Virus record (IMG/VR): IMGVR_UViG_3300025098_000197
Location: 1 to 29,591 of that record
Direction: 5' to 3' (one strand)
Source: a virus
Lineage: Duplodnaviria > Caudoviricetes
DNA length: 29,591 nt
The position numbers and the translations under genes are program-made. Under the pieces are notes generated by a model that saw only the letters and a list, made by a program, of their open reading frames with translations, was not told the DNA's origin and did no database searches. Below are positions 9,658 through 16,365 of this stretch, piece after piece; within the stretch, counting starts at the first letter, position 1; each line of letters starts with the position of its first letter.

Positions 9658-9811
9658 TCATTCTCCGTCTGATATCATATCTTGCGATACCTATATCTTT
9701 TAGTTCTCTATCTGTTAGATGTGTAAGTAACCACAAATCAGCCCTAGCTTGTTGTGATCTTTGTATTGACTTATGTATTGATTTGAGTCTCTTTGAAAAT
9801 GTCTTAAACAT
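9647..9811 (-). CDS. DUF1127 (YjiS/CcaF1-like) small protein, 54 aa; absent from the ORF track
   Basis: MFKTFSKRLKSIHKSIQRSQQARADLWLLTHLTDRELKDIGIARYDIRRRMNGS; LTDRELKDIGIxRxDI is the DUF1127 signature; GGAG SD. Confidence 0.85.
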   Translation of the reverse strand: MFKTFSKRLKSIHKSIQRSQQARADLWLLTHLTDRELKDIGIARYDIRRRMNGS

Positions 9812-9818
9812 GTATATT

Positions 9819-9858
9819 CTCCAGTATGATACTACAAACTATTTGTAGCTTTCTGGAG
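9819..9858 (-). promoter_or_regulatory. Hairpin sequestering the DUF1127 Shine-Dalgarno
   Basis: Minus strand CUCCAG-aaag-CUACAAA-uag-UUUGUAG-uaucaua-CUGGAG-aauauac-AUG. Confidence 0.6.
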
Positions 9859-9876
9859 CATAGTTATACATATATA

Positions 9877-9905
9877 GTTATATCACACTATTGCTGATAT
9901 TGCAA
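9877..9905 (-). promoter_or_regulatory. Sigma70-like promoter for the DUF1127/terminase genes
   Basis: Minus strand TTGCAA-N17-TATAAC; a second TATAACTAT copy lies 14 nt downstream. Confidence 0.6.
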
Positions 9906-9917
9906 CCCCGTTATGTA

Positions 9918-10280
9918 TTACCGGTTAGGGCTATAGAACTCTCTACAAGATATTAAAGCTTCTATAGTATTAGTAGTCTCGCCATAGGCAAGAATCTTAT
10001 CTCCAGCATGTAGGTGCAATACACCATTGCCGAATACATTTTCTGCTGAGTTCCCTGAGATAGTGTGGTTTTTAAGTACATAATGATAGGTAGTATCGTC
10101 TTGGTGGTAAAACTGTAGATACACTTTCTTTGATGAGTTGTTATTGTTAGCTAAATGCAATAGGTCTACAGTAGCATCATGTAAAGGAGGACAAGTATAT
10201 ATAACAGTAGCGTTAGCACCCGTAGTAGTAGATGCTATCGTTACTGCTTCTGTAGCTGTAGAGTAAGCTGTCTCAACCAT
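9918..10280 (-). CDS. Hypothetical, beta-rich probable virion protein
   Basis: 120 aa, Thr-rich, tightly packed in the late operon. Confidence 0.5.
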   Translation of the reverse strand: MVETAYSTATEAVTIASTTTGANATVIYTCPPLHDATVDLLHLANNNNSSKKVYLQFYHQDDTTYHYVLKNHTISGNSAENVFGNGVLHLHAGDKILAYGETTNTIEALISCREFYSPNR

Positions 10281-10550
10281 CTAATCTTTATTTCCTACAG
10301 TCTTTGTTGTCCAAGCTTCATTCTCAGGAGTTGTTGGATCATCCTTTACGAAATGCCCAGACTTAGTTCGAGCACGTACTTTTTTAGTTACGACAGAAGA
10401 TAATATCTCTTGCACTCTGGAATCAGTACACCAATAAGAACCATAAGGATCTAAAGCAGCTAGTACATCACCCATCTTAGTAGTAACGTTTTCAGAAGTT
10501 ACTAAGTAACCGCACTTTTCTAATTGATCTTTATAGTCTTTAAAGTTCAT
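10281..10550 (-). CDS. Hypothetical protein with RARxxxGxFxxDDPxTPxNEA motif
   Basis: 89 aa; motif recalled from marine phage small proteins. Confidence 0.55.
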   Translation of the reverse strand: MNFKDYKDQLEKCGYLVTSENVTTKMGDVLAALDPYGSYWCTDSRVQEILSSVVTKKVRARTKSGHFVKDDPTTPENEAWTTKTVGNKD

Positions 10551-11014
10551 TACTTCCTCGACATCCTGTTAGGCTTCATAGATGCACCACAGTTTACTGA
10601 ACCGCCTTTATTGTAACCCATCTTCTTAGCTACAGCAGGTGCGGCTTTCTTTAAGGCTTTCATACCTTTAGTCATACCGCCGTGCTTATAGCCTGACTTC
10701 TTCTTCATGTCCGAATCCTTCATCATTGTACCGTCTGGCATTCTATGATAACCTTTTTTCATTGTGAGTCCACCCTTTGATGCTCTATATTTTGCAGTCT
10801 TCTCTGCAATTTTCTTTGGTTGTTTTACGAATTGTTTACCTGCGGCTGTGCCTTTACGTTTAGCCGCAGTAGTAGCCGCATACTCTGATGCAGTCAAAGC
10901 TTCTCTTGCTTTCTTAGGAAGGTAACGTTCTCCGGTCTTGCCACTGGGCTTGCCACTCTTCGTTCCCCACTTCTCTTTAGTCCACTTCTTGAGTGATTTC
11001 TGTGAGGCTTTCAT
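10550..11014 (-). CDS. Highly basic protein (resembles the C-terminal half of a DUF5872-like family)
   Basis: SQKSLKKWTKEKWGTKSG...GERYLPKKA; strong AAGGAGGAGG SD; three xxxGG motifs. Confidence 0.55.
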   Translation of the reverse strand: MKASQKSLKKWTKEKWGTKSGKPSGKTGERYLPKKAREALTASEYAATTAAKRKGTAAGKQFVKQPKKIAEKTAKYRASKGGLTMKKGYHRMPDGTMMKDSDMKKKSGYKHGGMTKGMKALKKAAPAVAKKMGYNKGGSVNCGASMKPNRMSRK

Positions 11015-11196
11015 TTGTAGCCTCCTCCTTTAGCTTTGTATTGTTTAGCTAACATTTGAGCTTTACGTGCAGACCATTGACCTGCTTTACCGCCTTTAGT
11101 ACCTGCTTTGATTTTGTTAAACAAGTTCTTACGCATTGTAGGCTTAGTGTAGTTACCTGCTTGGTTTACTTTTGATTTAGGTTTAGTCATTACCAC
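11011..11196 (-). CDS. Small basic protein (resembles the N-terminal half of a DUF5872-like family)
   Basis: NYTKP...GGKAGQWSARKAQMLAKQYKAKGGGY; ATGA overlap with the next gene. Confidence 0.6.
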   Translation of the reverse strand: MVMTKPKSKVNQAGNYTKPTMRKNLFNKIKAGTKGGKAGQWSARKAQMLAKQYKAKGGGYK

Positions 11197-11465
11197 TTAG
11201 CCTTATTTGCCCAGTAAGCCGCTGACATCTTGCCTCTCTTAATATTCTTGGCATGTCTAGCTTTAAAAGAGGCTCTCTTCTTTTTCATCTTGTCTGACTC
11301 ACCTGCTTTAGGTTTACCTGCAGTCTTAGCACCTTGTTCACCAAACCTAATCAGTTTTATCTTAGTGCCTTCTTTAGCTAATACTGCGTGAGACTTCTTA
11401 GGGTGTCCCGGAGTACGTTTAGGTTTATTGTAACCTGAAAACTTTTCGCCTCTATAATCTACCAT
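11190..11465 (-). CDS. Small basic hypothetical protein
   Basis: 91 aa; KLIRFG...RASFKARH...SAAYWA motif common in marine phages. Confidence 0.65.
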   Translation of the reverse strand: MVDYRGEKFSGYNKPKRTPGHPKKSHAVLAKEGTKIKLIRFGEQGAKTAGKPKAGESDKMKKKRASFKARHAKNIKRGKMSAAYWANKAKW

Positions 11466-11974
11466 TATATCATCTTCAATGCTTGCTCTAGTGTTTCTTT
11501 GTTTCTTCTAGTCCAGCCACGACCAAATGTCTTGAACGTATCTAGGCCTTCATAGAAGCCTTGCCTTACGTGATATACGTAATCAATAATGTACTTAGGG
11601 TCTTTCTCTAATATAAGACCTAATGTCTGTGGCCCTATAGCTCCATCAGCTGTAGCTCCTACTGCACGTTGTATAGCTTTAGCTGGCCTACCTGAACCTG
11701 AGTTAACCGCCCAGTCAAACGCACACCAATCTACACCTGACGGTAAATGGTCACCCTTTACTCTGTCCCAGTAGTTCTTCTTGTAGATTGGCCCTACATC
11801 TTCTGGCGTTAAGTCACGCATCTCTTCTTCGGTAGACTCTCTGCCTATCCATTCGTCGTATACTCTTTTAGTTACACCAAGGTTAGTCATACCACCGGGA
11901 TCTTTGGGGTGATTTACGAATCCTCCCTCGTGTTCCAGTAACATATGTAGACATTCATCAAAGTTTTGTTTCAT
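11465..11974 (-). CDS. Endolysin, glycoside hydrolase family 108 with peptidoglycan-binding domain
   Basis: HEGGFVNHPKDPGGMTNLGVT, FDWAVNSG, ADGAIGPQT, FGRGWTRR. Confidence 0.92.
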   Translation of the reverse strand: MKQNFDECLHMLLEHEGGFVNHPKDPGGMTNLGVTKRVYDEWIGRESTEEEMRDLTPEDVGPIYKKNYWDRVKGDHLPSGVDWCAFDWAVNSGSGRPAKAIQRAVGATADGAIGPQTLGLILEKDPKYIIDYVYHVRQGFYEGLDTFKTFGRGWTRRNKETLEQALKMI

Positions 11975-12330
11975 TATTTCTTCCCGAAGTATTTACTTAC
12001 ACCACGCATACCAATACTGGCACTAACGATTCCACCCAAAGAGTATTGATACCAGTCAGGCATAATCTCTAAGGCTTCGAACCCTGCATGTACTATATCG
12101 TTACCCCACTGACCACAAAACGCTAGGATTAACGGAATCGAGAACAGTAAAGTTATCCATTCGTCTTTCCAGCTATTCTGTGTAGCTTTCATAGCCTCTA
12201 TATCCCAGTCAATCTCACCGGTGGCTATCTTCATCTTAGTTTCAGCTTCTGCTTTCTTGACTGCAGTCTTGCCTTCGATCATTGTACCAGCTAGATTAGC
12301 TACTTGACCGATTAGGTTTAAGCCCATCAT
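11974..12330 (-). CDS. Putative holin (GTA 3TM-holin-like)
   Basis: SWKDEW followed by hydrophobic helices, PDWYQY, basic C-terminus; adjacent to the endolysin. Confidence 0.65.
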   Translation of the reverse strand: MMGLNLIGQVANLAGTMIEGKTAVKKAEAETKMKIATGEIDWDIEAMKATQNSWKDEWITLLFSIPLILAFCGQWGNDIVHAGFEALEIMPDWYQYSLGGIVSASIGMRGVSKYFGKK

Positions 12331-12656
12331 CCGTTGTTACCTTTCACTTCTTTCTTGCTCATGTTAGTGACTCCAAAGAACACACCAACTATACCAGCTA
12401 CAGATAAAAAGTAGATTGAAGCCATAGATCCTATAATATCTGCGGCTTGGTCTGCCCCTACGATGCTACATAGTAACACTAAGAAAGGGTAAGCTAACAT
12501 TCCAACTAAACAGAACCACGCCATACGCCGTTGTGCGTCTCTCTGACTGTCTTCATCGTCTAATCGTCTACGTCTGTCTTCTAGTTCTAAGGCTTCCCAC
12601 TCAGATTTGTCTATAGTGCCGCTTTTGTCTACGTCAACTTCTTCAAAACTAGTCAT
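12327..12656 (-). CDS. EF-hand plus two-TM membrane protein
   Basis: Canonical loop DVDKSGTIDKSE (residues 8-19), then two hydrophobic segments. Confidence 0.7.
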   Translation of the reverse strand: MTSFEEVDVDKSGTIDKSEWEALELEDRRRRLDDEDSQRDAQRRMAWFCLVGMLAYPFLVLLCSIVGADQAADIIGSMASIYFLSVAGIVGVFFGVTNMSKKEVKGNNG

Positions 12657-12910
12657 TCTTCCCAGTCTCTCTTCCTGTTTGGATCAAGTACGTCTCTTTT
12701 GTCTAACATCCCCTCTAGATACATAGCTCGTTCTACTCTGTCTAAAGTATACCTTACTCCGGTGTCGCTTTCTATAGCGGTACGGACATAAAATACGTCA
12801 CTCTTGGGGATATGAACTCGTGTTAATGCACGAGAGTCCTTGTTAGCTAACGCATCGTAGAACTCTTCAAGTACATTTTCACTTGCGTATAGTTTTATTC
12901 GTTTTGTCAT
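12653..12910 (-). CDS. Hypothetical protein, first gene of the late arm
   Basis: ORF of about 85 aa from ATG 12910; ATGA overlap with the next gene. Confidence 0.6.
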   Translation of the reverse strand: MTKRIKLYASENVLEEFYDALANKDSRALTRVHIPKSDVFYVRTAIESDTGVRYTLDRVERAMYLEGMLDKRDVLDPNRKRDWEE

Positions 12911-12939
12911 TATTGTCAATACATATTTAAGATAAAATT

Positions 12940-13037
12940 GTACCGCAAACTAAATGAAAGTTTATACTACTATCAAGAGGGAGGAGACAAATGAGGAGAC
13001 TTAACAATAATACAGTCTATCAAGTAGTCTACGGTAC
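12940..13037 (-). ncRNA. Candidate anti-Shine-Dalgarno hairpin RNA (sRNA or leader)
   Basis: 13-bp outer stem GUACCGUAGACUA/UAGUUUGCGGUAC; 15-bp inner stem UGUAUUAUUGUUAAG/CUUGAUAGUAGUAUA with 5 G-U pairs; 22-nt loop UCUCCUCAUUUGUCUCCUCCCU. Confidence 0.65.
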
Positions 13038-13106
13038 TTTAGTTACACTATGAGTTATAACTTCTTTAACAGTTAAGTCGTTTAATGTCTTAACCTTGTA
13101 CAAATT

Positions 13107-13135
13107 ATTATATACTACTCTAAATATGGTGTCAA
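13107..13135 (-). promoter_or_regulatory. Consensus sigma70 promoter, leftward
   Basis: Minus strand TTGACA-ccatatttagagtagta(17)-TATAAT. Confidence 0.8.
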
Positions 13136-13277
13136 CACCTAAGTTTAACTATACGTGACACTTTTCCTAAGTCCAAGAACTAATATGCAACAGTGTTAGT
13201 TAAACTTTATAGTAAGATATTTTTTTATTGTAACTTTATATTGTAACTTATAGTTTAACTAAGCTTCCCTGCGGTCA

Positions 13278-13305
13278 GTTATAACCATTTTTGTGCCTAT
13301 GTCAA
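13278..13305 (-). promoter_or_regulatory. Second leftward sigma70-like promoter
   Basis: Minus strand TTGACA-N16-TATAAC. Confidence 0.55.
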
Positions 13306-13653
13306 CCCCTCTTCACGAAATATTACAGTTTGTAACACTTTGTGTACAGCTTTAGGCCATTCTAAAATCCACTTCTGTGTAGGAGTACATATACGTATAC
13401 GGGTAGATGGGGGGTGGCCCTCGCCGGGGTAGGCATTATGAGGCATGATATGCGCTATAAGGCACGCTTGCTAGGCCTAAGCTACTGAAAACGTTACACT
13501 TTTATACGGATTATCTATCCGGATATGCCTATAATGCCCAGATTATGCATGACATTAGGCAGGAGGGCATAAAAAGCAAAGCTTCATGCACTAGAACCAT
13601 ATCCCCTCTTTAGAGGGACAAAATAGCCTACCCCATAGTCCCAAAAATTAGGC

Positions 13654-13672
13654 CGTTGTCGGACGATCCGAC
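13654..13672 (-). repeat. Palindromic repeat copy 1 (centre in opposite orientation)
   Basis: CGTTGTCGGA-CGA-TCCGAC. Confidence 0.8.
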
Positions 13673-13790
13673 CACTCTCCGCTTTTCCTTGCGCATAATG
13701 CACACCAAAAGTTGTTGACAATTTGTTTGGCATCTGTCCTATTGGTCTCATCAAATCGGCAATCAAGCCAACTAACAATCGGAGATTGAT

Positions 13791-14384
13791 ATGACTAATG
13801 TAACGAAGTTAAAAGCACAAATCGAAGTTTCAGGTACAGTGAAACTGGGTAAAAGTACCTTCAGTATAACTGAAGCTCTTGATCATGGCGCAAAGATCTA
13901 TGACAAGTTATACTTGTTGCAAGAGCAACAACTGGACTACTACAGAGAATTGGGTAACATACTGTTACAAGTTCGTAGTTTGCATAAAGATAATATATCT
14001 TTCGGTAAGGCTATAGCCGCTTCAGCTTTAGCTGGAATATCAAAGCAAGACAGATCGGATACGATCTTCATCGCCGCTAACTGGATCAAGATCCAGAAGT
14101 TAAACAAGAACGGCCTCTTCGATACTCTAGGAGTATCAGCTATCAGAAAGAGGGTCAAAGCTTCTGACCAACCCAAGACTAAGGTTGGTTCAGCAGGTAA
14201 TGTTTCCAAAGGAAAGAAAGCTTCAACAGCTAAAGCTGAACCGAAGCAAGACAATAGCAAAGCTATACCAAAACCTAAGACTGAACTTGACCTAGCAAAG
14301 CTAGTACATCAGATCATGACCGAGGCAGGGTTTAGCAAAGCTACATTCACTAAAGAGCTTACAAAGCTCTACAAGAAATCATAA
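13791..14384 (+). CDS. First early gene, basic hypothetical protein
   Basis: 197 aa, GGAG SD, TTGACA at 13715, followed by terminator-like hairpins. Confidence 0.75.
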   Translation: MTNVTKLKAQIEVSGTVKLGKSTFSITEALDHGAKIYDKLYLLQEQQLDYYRELGNILLQVRSLHKDNISFGKAIAASALAGISKQDRSDTIFIAANWIKIQKLNKNGLFDTLGVSAIRKRVKASDQPKTKVGSAGNVSKGKKASTAKAEPKQDNSKAIPKPKTELDLAKLVHQIMTEAGFSKATFTKELTKLYKKS

Positions 14385-14386
14385 CT

Positions 14387-14443
14387 TAAGCCCTTCGGGG
14401 CTTACTTCACAATCTTATTGCAAGCCCTACGGGGCTTGTTTTT
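14387..14443 (+). terminator. Tandem UNCG hairpins; the second is an intrinsic terminator
   Basis: TAAGCCC-TTCG-GGGCTTA (14387-14404) and CAAGCCC-TACG-GGGCTTG followed by a T-tract (14421-14443). Confidence 0.75.
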
Positions 14444-14465
14444 GTTTGTAATACAAACAGTAGAA

Positions 14466-14488
14466 CGTTGTCGGATCGTCCGACGACG
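14466..14488 (+). repeat. Palindromic repeat copy 2
   Basis: CGTTGTCGGA-TCG-TCCGACGACG. Confidence 0.9.
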
Positions 14489-14516
14489 ACTTAACGTAGT
14501 TAAATAGGAGATTAAA

Positions 14517-14819
14517 ATGCGAATAGGAGATGAACAATTTGTTCAAGACATGGGGTCTATCTTTAATCACATCCAAGCAGGATTTTATAAGATTGATGGG
14601 GAGACAGATGAAAGCTTTGAAAAGTACAAGTATCACTACAATTACAAATGCTTTAATGCTTTCTTCTTAGGTGTGAAGTATGGCCTACGTGATGTGATGA
14701 CATTTGACATAGAGGCAGGTGCTTACAAGCATTGGAAAGACAATGAAAAGTATTACAGAATGCAAGGTGTTTACAAAGCGGCCTTCCCTCGCTTCATTAA
14801 ATATAAGGATCTATCATGA
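14517..14819 (+). CDS. Hypothetical early protein
   Basis: 100 aa, AGGAG SD just after repeat 2. Confidence 0.7.
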   Translation: MRIGDEQFVQDMGSIFNHIQAGFYKIDGETDESFEKYKYHYNYKCFNAFFLGVKYGLRDVMTFDIEAGAYKHWKDNEKYYRMQGVYKAAFPRFIKYKDLS

Positions 14820-15019
14820 CGTATGGGGTGTCAAAACGTGACCGACTAGCCAGACGTGGCGACAAGCGATGGCGTAGCACATGGCATAGGCAGATGTTGT
14901 CGATGAATAGAACCAGATCCATTGACAAACGAGATGGGATCGGCCTTGATAGTAGGACAAATATTAAATCGTTGTCGGATCGTCCGACGACACTAACAAC
15001 GGAGACTAATGATGAATAA
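14816..15019 (+). CDS. Possible small Arg-rich protein (doubtful)
   Basis: ATGA overlap with the upstream gene, but it runs through a TTGACA and repeat 3. Confidence 0.3.
   Translation: MTYGVSKRDRLARRGDKRWRSTWHRQMLSMNRTRSIDKRDGIGLDSRTNIKSLSDRPTTLTTETNDE
14967..14993 (+). repeat. Palindromic repeat copy 3
   Basis: AATCGTTGTCGGA-TCG-TCCGACGACAC. Confidence 0.9.
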
Positions 15020-15194
15020 CCCTATTGAACCAACTGGATTGGTACATACACCAGATAGCATGGAGGATTTTATAGCTATCATAGATAGGCTGAGTACGGA
15101 ACAAAGAATTGTAGCTTACACCTATTCTATGATGGCTTGGAACTTGGCTTGTAAAATAACTATGAAACACTTGAAGGAGATGAAGAATGACTAA
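15009..15194 (+). CDS. Hypothetical early protein
   Basis: 61 aa, GGAG SD after repeat 3. Confidence 0.65.
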   Translation: MMNNPIEPTGLVHTPDSMEDFIAIIDRLSTEQRIVAYTYSMMAWNLACKITMKHLKEMKND

Positions 15195-15501
15195 GAATTT
15201 ACTAGGAAGATCACGCACTAAAGAGAACCCTTACGCTGTATGGCAGGGCTTCGGTGCATTCGGTGACACTGAGGTACGATTGCTCAAGACGTACCAAAAA
15301 CCTGACAGAGAACAGAAGAACCCATATGCTAAATGGTTTGTGGCTGTTAGGTCTGACCATACGTATGGATCTTTTGACATGGGTGACAGTTACATACGTG
15401 ATTTGTTAGAAGGTATGACACTCAAGCAAGCTGACCCTCTGTTCGAAGAACAGTACGGCATTACTGTACCTGATGGGGTAGAACTAACTGAATGGGTTTA
15501 G
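15187..15501 (+). CDS. Phage hypothetical protein
   Basis: 104 aa, AAGGAG SD; YQKP..E..NPYAKWFVAV...GSFDMGDSY block. Confidence 0.7.
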   Translation: MTKNLLGRSRTKENPYAVWQGFGAFGDTEVRLLKTYQKPDREQKNPYAKWFVAVRSDHTYGSFDMGDSYIRDLLEGMTLKQADPLFEEQYGITVPDGVELTEWV

Positions 15502-15508
15502 TATAACT

Positions 15509-15535
15509 AATCGTTGTCGGATCGTCCGACGACGA
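15509..15535 (+). repeat. Palindromic repeat copy 4
   Basis: AATCGTTGTCGGA-TCG-TCCGACGACGA. Confidence 0.9.
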
Positions 15536-15558
15536 CACAAACAATAGGAGATTAAGCA

Positions 15559-15822
15559 ATGAAAGACACACACTTTACAATAGAAGATCCGGGACGTGAT
15601 GAGGTGCAAGCCGTGTTCCTCAAAGCGGCACTTAAGATGATACGTATTGGCCTCAAGCCGGCACGTCATCTGACTAAGACTAAACTAATGTCTAAAGCTT
15701 CACAGATTAGTGGCGTGAAGTACAAGCGTACCGAGATAGACAAAGCTATCGAGGACATGGAGACTATCATCAAGGATCACTTAGATCCAACTTTACCTGC
15801 AGGATATAGAGGAGATAACTAA
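15559..15822 (+). CDS. Hypothetical early protein
   Basis: 87 aa, AGGAG SD after repeat 4. Confidence 0.7.
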   Translation: MKDTHFTIEDPGRDEVQAVFLKAALKMIRIGLKPARHLTKTKLMSKASQISGVKYKRTEIDKAIEDMETIIKDHLDPTLPAGYRGDN

Positions 15823-16166
15823 TGGGAAACAGAGCAACACTTGAAGTAATAAGCGACAACTACACAGGCAAGGAGTCAGAGTGCTACATATACCTACACT
15901 GGAATGGTAGCCCCAACACTGTGACACAACTCGTAAGAGGTGCATCATCTAAAATGCGTAAGTCTGATGTTAGCTATGCTACAGCCAGACTGATAGCTCA
16001 CATCTGTAGCAAGGTGGAAGGTGGTCTGTCTGTAGGTGTACGTCCTGCTATGGAGAAGTACAAAGAAGAGTGGGACAACGGACACTACATCATAGACATA
16101 AGCAACGGTCACATTAAGAATGATGGTAGGGTTGTAGCTAGAAACATAGAGTTTGGTAACTTCTAG
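15822..16166 (+). CDS. Phage hypothetical protein (MGxRA...YxHWxGxP type)
   Basis: 114 aa, GAGGAG SD; motif IYLHWNGSP. Confidence 0.7.
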   Translation: MGNRATLEVISDNYTGKESECYIYLHWNGSPNTVTQLVRGASSKMRKSDVSYATARLIAHICSKVEGGLSVGVRPAMEKYKEEWDNGHYIIDISNGHIKNDGRVVARNIEFGNF

Positions 16167-16167
16167 T

Positions 16168-16365
16168 ATGGAACACGTAGTAGAAGTGTGTCCTACGTGC
16201 ATCAAGAAGATGAAGGTGTACGAGACACGAGAACACTTAACTAGGAATAGCATTCTAACGAGGCGACGAAGCCGCAGATGTTTGGAGTGCGACTACAGGA
16301 GTACAACGGTAGAGATACCGGAGTACTACCTGTACCATTACTTAAAAGAAATAGGAGAAGAATAG
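16168..16365 (+). CDS. Stand-alone NrdR-like zinc-ribbon protein
   Basis: CPTC...KVYETR...RRRSRRCLECDYRSTTVE mirrors the NrdR N-terminus (CPxC..VxDSR..RRRRxCxxCxxRFTTxE); no ATP-cone. Confidence 0.65.
   Translation: MEHVVEVCPTCIKKMKVYETREHLTRNSILTRRRSRRCLECDYRSTTVEIPEYYLYHYLKEIGEE

Noticed and set aside
610-11774. Plus-strand ORFs in the late arm (e.g. 610, 1001, 1851, 3402, 4856, 5917, 11589) and the out-of-frame minus ORF 8443-8640
   Set aside because: Shadow frames of well-supported genes, with no SD or recognisable motifs
12991-13053. 20-codon plus-strand ORF with a strong GAGGAG SD
   Set aside because: No plus-strand promoter seen and it opposes the strong leftward promoter; the SD-ATG look is explained as the complement of the anti-SD loop. 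Not fully excluded
13060-13100. CtrA boxes
   Set aside because: Adjacent TTAA half-sites are spaced 3-5 nt, not the TTAA-N7-TTAA consensus
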